A stretch of DNA of 64,000 bases, taken from the NCBI GenBank assembly GCA_028716045.1, contig JAQUQO010000001.1:528897-592896 (forward strand), given 5' to 3'. Every line of letters starts with the position of its first letter. Positions within the stretch are counted from its first letter, which is position 1. Of the stretch, positions 56,988 to 64,000 are shown piece by piece. Position numbers and translations under genes: made by a program. The notes beneath the pieces are model-generated. The model worked only from the letters and a program-made list of their open reading frames with translations. It had not been told where the DNA came from and did no database searches. Source of the DNA: Patescibacteria group bacterium (GTDB lineage Bacteria > Patescibacteriota > Patescibacteriia > JAQUQO01).

Positions 56988-58172
56988 TTAACTAAATAAT
57001 TTTTCCAGCCCCCCGATATAGTTATCCAAATTATATTTAGCCACTGACAGCCGAGCGTTATTTTTCATTTTTAGATACTCCTCCGGGCTGGCTAAAATGT
57101 ATTTTAAAATGCCCGCAAATTCCTCCCCGTTCCCGGGCTCAAAAGTAAAGCCGTTTTTGCCAAGCTCCACCAACTCGCCGACGCCGCCGATATTGGCGGC
57201 CACCGCCGGCACGCCATAATATAAACTTTCATAAATCACTGACGGTGAATTTTCATAGCAGAGAGAAGGAACAATAGTTAAATCCGCCTGACTAAAAATT
57301 TTCCCGACTTCTCTTTGCTCCACCGGCCCCTCAACGCTGATGCGCTTGTCTTCTCCGACTAATCTTTGGGCTTCACCCATTGCCGCGCCACCACCGACAA
57401 TTCGTAAAGTTAAATTATCGTTATTAATGTTTTTAAAATTTTCTATAAGCCAAAGGATGCCTTTATGTTTTTCTATTTGCCCCAAGTAAAGCAGACGAAA
57501 TTTCTCGCTCCGTTCCCCCTCTGAGATGTCGGCATCAAAAAGCATAATAGGGTTAGGGAGAATCGTCCGTTTTGAAGTGGGGAAAAAGCCCGCGAAACTA
57601 TGAACGGATAAAAGCCACCGGCTGGGAGAAATCACCACGGCCGGGGAACTAAAAAGTTTTTGGCAAATAAAGGCGTAAATTGCTAAAACAAAATTGCAAT
57701 TTTTAATTTTCTTCTCCTCGCCCCACAAAACAATACCCGAAGGGTTAATAAGCTGAATATCATGAAGAGTGTGGATGTGTTTAATTTTCAATATTCCTAA
57801 AAGCAGGGGCGTTAAAAGGCCGATACCCTTCAAATTATGGGTTAAAACAACATCTGGCTTTTCTTTTTTTAGAATTTTTTTAATTTCTTTAAAACTATAA
57901 AAATTAAAAGTGTCAAAGATGTGCCAAAAAAATCTTTTAATCCAACTGTGTTTATGCGCATCGCCGAGCCAATATAAATTTTTCGGGAAAAATCTATAAA
58001 TAAGCTGGCCGCCTTTCACCTCTTGTCCCAAACCCGATTCTTTCGGTTTGGTGGTAATAACAAAAATTTGATAGCCGCGATGCGCCAAACCATTAGCAAT
58101 TTTAGCGGCTATCCTTTCGGCCCCGCCTCTTTCGTAGGGATAATAAAAATTGGAAATAATGCCTATTTTCAT
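56988..58172 (-). CDS. glycosyltransferase family 4 (GT4/GT-B)
   Basis: C-terminal EX7E-type motif region; 394 aa. Confidence 0.75.
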   Translation of the reverse strand: MKIGIISNFYYPYERGGAERIAAKIANGLAHRGYQIFVITTKPKESGLGQEVKGGQLIYRFFPKNLYWLGDAHKHSWIKRFFWHIFDTFNFYSFKEIKKILKKEKPDVVLTHNLKGIGLLTPLLLGILKIKHIHTLHDIQLINPSGIVLWGEEKKIKNCNFVLAIYAFICQKLFSSPAVVISPSRWLLSVHSFAGFFPTSKRTILPNPIMLFDADISEGERSEKFRLLYLGQIEKHKGILWLIENFKNINNDNLTLRIVGGGAAMGEAQRLVGEDKRISVEGPVEQREVGKIFSQADLTIVPSLCYENSPSVIYESLYYGVPAVAANIGGVGELVELGKNGFTFEPGNGEEFAGILKYILASPEEYLKMKNNARLSVAKYNLDNYIGGLEKLFS

Positions 58173-59404
58173 TATTGAAAAGATTTGAAGAGGGATTCTA
58201 ATTTATCGCCAATAACTTTCCAATCGTATTTTTGCTCGGCCTTCTTTCTGCCGGCAAAACCAAATTGGCGGGAGAGGTCTTCGCTGGCAAAAATATTTTT
58301 AATACAGCTGGCTAAATCTCCTTCATTTTTTAAATCCGCTAAATATCCATTGATACCATTTTCGACTACACTGCGTACTCCGGGAAGATTGGAGGCAATA
58401 ACTGGTTTGCCCGAAGCCATGGCTTCCACTAAAACCACGCCAAAGGCCTCGGATTTATCAGTAGATGGCAATACGAATAAATCCGCTAAATTGTAATAGC
58501 GCGGCAAATCTTCATCGCTGACAAACCCCGTAAAAATCACTTGGCTGGCAATATCAAGGGCGCGGGCTTTGGCGATATATTCTTCTTTCATGTTGCCGGC
58601 GCCGACAATCAGCAATTTAATCGTTGGGTTGCCGATTAATTTTATCGTGCGCAAAAGATAATCTATACCTTTAAAATAATGCGCCCTGTCCAAGGCACCG
58701 ACAAAAAGAATTTTTTTATCTCCTTCACCAAGAGAATGTTTAGCCAACAACTCCCTGTCTTGGCTACGCGGGAAAAACCTTCGGGTATCCACGCCATTCG
58801 GTATTTCCGTGAATTTATCCTGCTGGGTAAAGAAAAAATTCTTGATATCTGATTCCTTCGCGTAGTCAAAAGAAGAAACGATAATTTTATCCGCTTGTTT
58901 TAAAATTCCGGTTAACAAATACTTGGTATGCCAGCGAAAAATAAATCCTAAAATCCCTCGGCCGACAACATCCATGTGATAAGTAATTATCAGCCGCGGC
59001 AAAAGACAGCGCTTTTTCATCAAACGGCAATAAAATTTTTTAACCGCGTACCAGAAATAAACAATTTCCGCGCCGCCAAAAAAAGGATAGTGAAGATGAA
59101 TAAAATCAAAATGCCCCAAACGCCACCAAAGCTGCGGCACAATTCCGGCATTGCCATAACTAAAAAACGACACCATCCTTTTTACCTCGATCTCCGGCGG
59201 GTCAATAATTTTCCCCCGCAATCTTTCCCAAAAATCCCAATACCACGGAGTTAAAACTTCCACCGCGTAACCCCGACGGGCGAGAATCAAAGAATTTTCC
59301 TTGGCCACATTACCAATCCCTCCGCGATAAGGGGGAAAAGTGCAGACAATTTCCGCTATTTTATTTTTTTTATCGCCTATTCCCATATTAAAAGCTACCA
59401 CCAA
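58172..59404 (-). CDS. glycosyltransferase family 4
   Basis: GT-B fold signatures (..GKPVIASNLPGVRSVVENGINGYL..); 410 aa. Confidence 0.75.
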   Translation of the reverse strand: MVVAFNMGIGDKKNKIAEIVCTFPPYRGGIGNVAKENSLILARRGYAVEVLTPWYWDFWERLRGKIIDPPEIEVKRMVSFFSYGNAGIVPQLWWRLGHFDFIHLHYPFFGGAEIVYFWYAVKKFYCRLMKKRCLLPRLIITYHMDVVGRGILGFIFRWHTKYLLTGILKQADKIIVSSFDYAKESDIKNFFFTQQDKFTEIPNGVDTRRFFPRSQDRELLAKHSLGEGDKKILFVGALDRAHYFKGIDYLLRTIKLIGNPTIKLLIVGAGNMKEEYIAKARALDIASQVIFTGFVSDEDLPRYYNLADLFVLPSTDKSEAFGVVLVEAMASGKPVIASNLPGVRSVVENGINGYLADLKNEGDLASCIKNIFASEDLSRQFGFAGRKKAEQKYDWKVIGDKLESLFKSFQ

Positions 59405-60444
59405 ATAATTAACCGGCAGAATTGAAAATATAAATTAAAAACTGGATTTAAAATAAAACGCACTAACGGATTGGCGACCTCCTGAAAATCTATTTTACCG
59501 GTAAAAAATTTCAAAATCTTCCGGTCTTTTATTTTTCTTTTTGCCTGCACCGTTTTTCTGTCAGCGAGTAAAATCCGCCAATGGCGCGCTTTTAAATAAT
59601 ACCAACCGACCCTGGACTCTTCTTTGAGCCACCCGCCGCGCCAAGAAGAAAATAAAAGACCGATATTCATTACGAGCCAAGCGGGGAAAAATAAAATCAG
59701 TGTCGGCCATTTATAATTCTGGATTAACACCCAAAAACGATTGCGTTCCATAAAATAGTATTTCTTAATACTGCGACTAAATTCATATTTATGGCAGACG
59801 ACGGAATTTGGGGCCAATAAAATCTTAAATCCGCCGAGGCGCATCCGCCAACCCAAATCCAAATCTTCGTGATACATAAAAAACAAAGGATTAAAAAGCC
59901 CGACTTCTTTCAAAACTCCGGCTTTTATTAAAACCGCCGCACCGCTCGGATAAGTTATTTCCTTAACTTCCAATTTTAGATTCGAGTGATTCAATTGGCG
60001 ATAACCGCCGGCATAGCCAAAGCCCAAAAAATGTATCTCATTACCCCAGCTATTAATGCGTTCCCTTTCTGGATGGAGTAAAAGCAATGACTGGACAGCT
60101 CCGGCTCCTTGGTCCGCTTCGGCGACTTTAATCGCTTCTCCCAGCCATCCTTTTTCCACTATCGTGTCCTGATTCAATAAATAAATATAATCGGCGCCAT
60201 CGTCCAGCGCCCTTTTAATGCCTATATTATTGCCGCCGGCAAAACCGAGATTCTCTCGACTTTCAATCAATATCGCTTCCGGATATTTTTCTTTTATAAA
60301 TTTAACCGTGCCGTCGGTTGAATTATTATCAATAACCAAAACCTTTACTTCTTTATCTTCGGGTAAATTAGAAAAAATACTGCCGAGACAATCCGGCAGG
60401 TATTTTTCGGCGTTATAAGTGACAATAATAATATAAACCTTCAT
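59395..60444 (-). CDS. glycosyltransferase family 2
   Basis: IIIVTYNAEKYL...VIDNNSTDGT, DxD-type motif region; 349 aa. Confidence 0.8.
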   Translation of the reverse strand: MKVYIIIVTYNAEKYLPDCLGSIFSNLPEDKEVKVLVIDNNSTDGTVKFIKEKYPEAILIESRENLGFAGGNNIGIKRALDDGADYIYLLNQDTIVEKGWLGEAIKVAEADQGAGAVQSLLLLHPERERINSWGNEIHFLGFGYAGGYRQLNHSNLKLEVKEITYPSGAAVLIKAGVLKEVGLFNPLFFMYHEDLDLGWRMRLGGFKILLAPNSVVCHKYEFSRSIKKYYFMERNRFWVLIQNYKWPTLILFFPAWLVMNIGLLFSSWRGGWLKEESRVGWYYLKARHWRILLADRKTVQAKRKIKDRKILKFFTGKIDFQEVANPLVRFILNPVFNLYFQFCRLIIWW

Positions 60445-60586
60445 ACAAATTTCTAATTCCCAATGACTAATTTCTAATCAAATCCTATTTTCTAAATCCT
60501 AACTACTATATAAATCACGAATTAAAATATTAAAACCGTTTTAAATTTTGATTATTTGATATTTGAATTTGTTTAGAATTTCGGAT

Positions 60587-60925
60587 TTAGGATTTCGGAT
60601 TTTTTCTCTCTTCTCTTAAACCCATCTCTCTCACCACTTTAGTTATATCCTGCTCAATTTTTTCCAAACGGACAAAAATACGAAAAATGACATAAAAAAT
60701 CACAACGATAGCAACGTAGATGGCTAAATCAACTCCTCTCCCGACCCCCACCCAGCTAGCCAACAAACTCGTGGTCTGGGGCAAAAGCACCGCTACCGCG
60801 ACTGCTATCCAAAAAATCAGCCAAAACAGAAGTTCTTTGGCCGTAATTTCTCCCTTTTTAAACCGCAACAAAATACGAGAGAGAACAAAAAGAACGAATA
60901 AAACAATAAAAAATTGAATTAACAT
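60587..60925 (-). CDS. DUF2304-like small membrane protein
   Basis: 3 TMs, 112 aa, typical GT2 neighbour. Confidence 0.5.
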   Translation of the reverse strand: MLIQFFIVLFVLFVLSRILLRFKKGEITAKELLFWLIFWIAVAVAVLLPQTTSLLASWVGVGRGVDLAIYVAIVVIFYVIFRIFVRLEKIEQDITKVVREMGLREERKNPKS

Positions 60926-60965
60926 ATCCGTAAAGATTCGTTATTATTCTTTATTTTTCGTGTCA

Positions 60966-61643
60966 TTACTTGCTTATTTTTTGTAAAATTAATTGCCAAA
61001 GAGTTTTAAGACCCACCACAAAGTTTTGCCCTTTAGATAGTGAATAATCGGTATAGACGGCTTCAATCGGGATTTCCGTAAATTTAAAATTATGACGCTT
61101 CACCTCTTTGATGATTTCCGAGGAAACTTCCATCCGATTGCTTTTTAGATGAAGGAGGCTGGCGGCGGGGGCGGTAAAGAGACGCAGTCCCGACTGACTG
61201 TCGGTCACCCAAATCCCAAAAAGGAGATACGTGGATAAATTGCCCAACCAATTAGCAACCCTTCTCGCCAATGGCATCCCCCTGGGATTTAAAAGGCGCG
61301 AACCTATAACGATGTCATAACCGCCTTCTTCCGCGATCTTTTTTAAACGAAATATATCTTCGGCCTGATGTTGGCCATCGGCGTCAAAAGTCACTATATA
61401 ATCAGCTCCGCTTAAAAGAGCGGCTTCTATGCCAGTGCCAAGAGCCGCTCCCAATCCGCGATTAATTATATGATTAATTACCGTCACTCCTTCGTTCTCG
61501 GCGATCTCACCTGTCTTATCTGAAGAACCGTCATTGACAACGATGATATCTGCGCCACAATTTTTAACTTCCTCTAAAATTTTTTTGATTGTTTTTTCTT
61601 CATTAAAAGCCGGGATGACTACTGTTATTTTCATAAATGCCAA
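60966..61643 (-). CDS. GT2 polyprenol-phosphate glycosyltransferase (Dpm1/GtrB-like)
   Basis: VVIPAFNEEKTI, DGSSDKT, DADGQH motifs; 225 aa. Confidence 0.8.
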   Translation of the reverse strand: MAFMKITVVIPAFNEEKTIKKILEEVKNCGADIIVVNDGSSDKTGEIAENEGVTVINHIINRGLGAALGTGIEAALLSGADYIVTFDADGQHQAEDIFRLKKIAEEGGYDIVIGSRLLNPRGMPLARRVANWLGNLSTYLLFGIWVTDSQSGLRLFTAPAASLLHLKSNRMEVSSEIIKEVKRHNFKFTEIPIEAVYTDYSLSKGQNFVVGLKTLWQLILQKISK

Positions 61644-61664
61644 AACTTTTCCTTAGCAATGCGT

Positions 61665-62684
61665 TTAATTAAATCCTAAAAGGCCTTTTTCGGCCATAGT
61701 ATATTCAATGGTCTGTTTTAAGCCTGATTCCAAGGTCACTATCGGCAACCAACCCAGCTCTTCCTTGGCCTTGGTAATATCGGGCAAACCCAAGGGGGTC
61801 ATAAAAAGCAAAGGTTTTTCAAAAACAATTTTTGATTTGGACTCCGTCATTTCAATTATTTTTTCCGCCACTTCCGCCAACTTATATTCCTGCGGACCTC
61901 CTAAATTTACGGGTTCATTAATTTCCAAAGATGCTAATTTAACAATTCCGGAAATGACATCATCAATATGACAAAGCGAAGTGGAAAAACTTTTGTCTCC
62001 ATAGATAACTAAATCCTTGCTGTCCAGCGCGTTAACGATAAAGTCGGGCACCATTTCTCCGTCATTAATTCTCATCCTGGTACCATAAGTCCTGAAAATA
62101 CGCGCGATCTTGGTATCCAATTTATAAACATCATGATAAGTATTCACTATCGTTTCCGCGAATTTCTTGCCCTCATCATAACAGCCGCGGGGAGTCAAAT
62201 GATTAACAACACCCACATCACTCTCTTTAAAATAAACTATTTCCTCGGTCCGCGGACCATAAATGACAGAAGAAGAGGCGTGAATAAACTTAGAATTATA
62301 CCGGCGGGCTATTTCTAAAAGGTTAATCAGCCCAGTGGAATTCGCTTCTAACGTTTGAATCTTAAAATCGTCAAATTTTTTTGGAGAAGTCGGGCAGGCG
62401 AAATTATAAATCTCCTGAATGCCCTGAAAGGGAATTTTAAACTTTTCTAATTCCGGAAAATTTTCCAAATCAAACGGTTTGGTAATATCATGGTTAATAA
62501 AAACAAAATCGGGAGAACGCAACAAATGCTCGATATTTCTGACATTACTAGTTAAAAAATTATCCACGCAAATAACTTTGCTTTCTTTTATCAGCCGGTC
62601 GCAAAGATGCGAACCCATAAACCCTGCTCCGCCGGCGATTAATACATTTTTCTTGCCGAATATCGGCTTTTTTGCTGCTACCAT
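61665..62684 (-). CDS. NAD-dependent epimerase/dehydratase (UDP-glucuronate decarboxylase/UXS-like)
   Basis: GGAGFMGSHLCDRL, YxxxK; 339 aa. Confidence 0.75.
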   Translation of the reverse strand: MVAAKKPIFGKKNVLIAGGAGFMGSHLCDRLIKESKVICVDNFLTSNVRNIEHLLRSPDFVFINHDITKPFDLENFPELEKFKIPFQGIQEIYNFACPTSPKKFDDFKIQTLEANSTGLINLLEIARRYNSKFIHASSSVIYGPRTEEIVYFKESDVGVVNHLTPRGCYDEGKKFAETIVNTYHDVYKLDTKIARIFRTYGTRMRINDGEMVPDFIVNALDSKDLVIYGDKSFSTSLCHIDDVISGIVKLASLEINEPVNLGGPQEYKLAEVAEKIIEMTESKSKIVFEKPLLFMTPLGLPDITKAKEELGWLPIVTLESGLKQTIEYTMAEKGLLGFN

Positions 62685-62855
62685 ATTATATCTATATTAT
62701 TGTTAAACCTTGGTTAATTATAGTAAAATTAGCTATTTTTGGCAAGAAAACGCAAAGATTTGTTCATAAAATGGCTCGGTCATCCGACTGGGTTGTCCGC
62801 TCAAATAATCAGACGAAGCTTTTCGCCTGCCGGCAAATGGGGGAAAATCATAAAT

Positions 62856-64000
62856 TTATTTCAACACGCTGGCATTCAGCCCGCCTCTAAGTTTCTGGTC
62901 AAAAGCAAAAAATTGCCACAAAACTTCCCCGCCGCCATTAAAAATTCTTACCTGCGGACCGCCTTTGCTCGCCGGCGCGGCGATAATTTCATCCTGGCCA
63001 TCGCCATTTAAATCTCCGGCGGATAAATTAACCCCGCCGCGGAAAGATTCGCTAAAAGCCAGAAATTTTTTCAAAAGTTCTCCGCGGCTGTTAAAAATTC
63101 TTACTTCGGGAACATTATCTGAGTCCGAGGCGACGATTATTTCTTTCACACCATCACCGTTAATATCTCCTACGGAAACATTTAACCCGCCGCGGAAACT
63201 TTTAGTTAAAGCTAAAAAATTCCCCAGCGCTTTCCCGTTGCTGTCAAAAATTTTTACCTCTGCGCTACTCTTACTCGCCGGCGCGGCGATAATTTCATCC
63301 TGGCCATCGCCATTTAAATCTCCGGCGGATAAATTAACCCCGCCGCGGAAAGATTCGCTAAAAGCCAGAAATTTTTTCAAAAGTTCTCCGCGGCTGTTAA
63401 AAATTCTTACTTCGGGAACATTATCCGAAGCCGGCGCGGTAATGATTTCCTCACCGCTATCCCCCAAACAATCGCCCACAGCGATACTGACACCGCCGCG
63501 AAAGGACTCGCGATAAGCCATAAACTGACCAAGAAGCTGACCGCTCTCACTAAAAATTCTCACCTGTGGGCCGCCGGAAGAAGCGACCGCCGCGACTATT
63601 TCCCTGGCGCCGTTAGCATCCAAATCTCCGCTGGCTATATTTATCCCGCCTTTGAAATTTACTAAAACCGGCCATTCTTTTATTACTCCACTGTTTTGAA
63701 AAAACTTAACATCCGCGGGAAACCCTTGCTCCCCGGAAACAAGCAATTTAATTTCATCTTTCCATTGGGCCGGTTCCGGAGCAATCGCCGGAGCCATTGC
63801 TTCCTCGTTGTTCTCCTGTGCCATAGCTAAAAAAATTTTTTCCGTATTTAATCTCCCCTTGCCCAGCTTACCGACATAGAAAGGATTTTTATCGTCTATC
63901 GGTTGGCTGTTTTCCAAAATCAATTTGATAATTTTTTCTACGGAATAGTTTGGTTTAAAAGATTTTATTAAAGCGGCCGTGCCGGAAATAAGCGGGGTGG
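62856..64000 (-). CDS. partial (5' end beyond window) subtilisin-like S8 peptidase C-terminus fused to FG-GAP/VCBS-type repeats
   Basis: Reading frame open to 64000. LISGTAALIKS resembles the subtilase Ser-motif region. ~51-aa repeats GPQVRIFN..GDLNGDGQDEIIAAPAS. Confidence 0.65.
   Translation of the reverse strand, partial: TPLISGTAALIKSFKPNYSVEKIIKLILENSQPIDDKNPFYVGKLGKGRLNTEKIFLAMAQENNEEAMAPAIAPEPAQWKDEIKLLVSGEQGFPADVKFFQNSGVIKEWPVLVNFKGGINIASGDLDANGAREIVAAVASSGGPQVRIFSESGQLLGQFMAYRESFRGGVSIAVGDCLGDSGEEIITAPASDNVPEVRIFNSRGELLKKFLAFSESFRGGVNLSAGDLNGDGQDEIIAAPASKSSAEVKIFDSNGKALGNFLALTKSFRGGLNVSVGDINGDGVKEIIVASDSDNVPEVRIFNSRGELLKKFLAFSESFRGGVNLSAGDLNGDGQDEIIAAPASKGGPQVRIFNGGGEVLWQFFAFDQKLRGGLNASVLK

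Overview
The window is AT-rich (about 40% GC) with compact, mostly minus-strand genes. It reads like a reduced-genome bacterium; Patescibacteria/CPR-like is an inference from gene content and style only.

Layout, start to end:
- 1-13.4 kb: an accessory locus of very large secreted proteins rich in Cys and Asp, with calcium- or metal-binding repeats. The domains seen are MopE-like motifs, thrombospondin type-3 repeats, a discoidin domain, an M23 peptidase fused to a leucine-rich repeat (LRR) array, and a lipoprotein.
- This locus carries a family of GTAG...CTAC hairpin repeats resembling REP (repetitive extragenic palindromic) elements. A duplicated 105-bp terminator-plus-hairpin cassette flanks the first gene.
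- 14-41 kb: a cell-envelope and division backbone of ftsEX with an RlpA-like gene, two tRNAs, prsA-like, ftsB-like, tsaC, murE, murD, a P-type ATPase, murG, ftsW, a GC-rich inserted gene, mraY, rpmA, pyrG, rplI, ctp and murA.
- 43-49.4 kb: dispersed dTDP-rhamnose genes (rfbA, rfbD, rfbB, rfbC) mixed with arfB and a HIT hydrolase.
- 49.5-62.7 kb: a glycosylation island with an ArnT/PMT-like GT-C enzyme, a CDP-alcohol phosphatidyltransferase, GT4 and GT2 enzymes, DUF2304, a Dpm1-like GT2 and a UXS-like epimerase.
- 62.9-64 kb: a subtilisin / FG-GAP repeat protein truncated by the window edge.

Non-coding and small features of note:
- a 23-aa peptide with 8 Cys (31182-31253) that has its own consensus promoter and terminator;
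- two 122-bp elements with terminal inverted repeats, like miniature inverted-repeat transposable elements (MITEs), exactly bracketing rfbD;
- a shared 16-bp palindrome upstream of two unrelated operons;
- tRNA-Thr 3'-end fragment copies;
- a GC-rich 170-nt structured element at 10150-10320;
- two near-identical terminators in the surface-protein locus.

No CRISPR array, reverse transcriptase, integrase or transposase ORF was seen.
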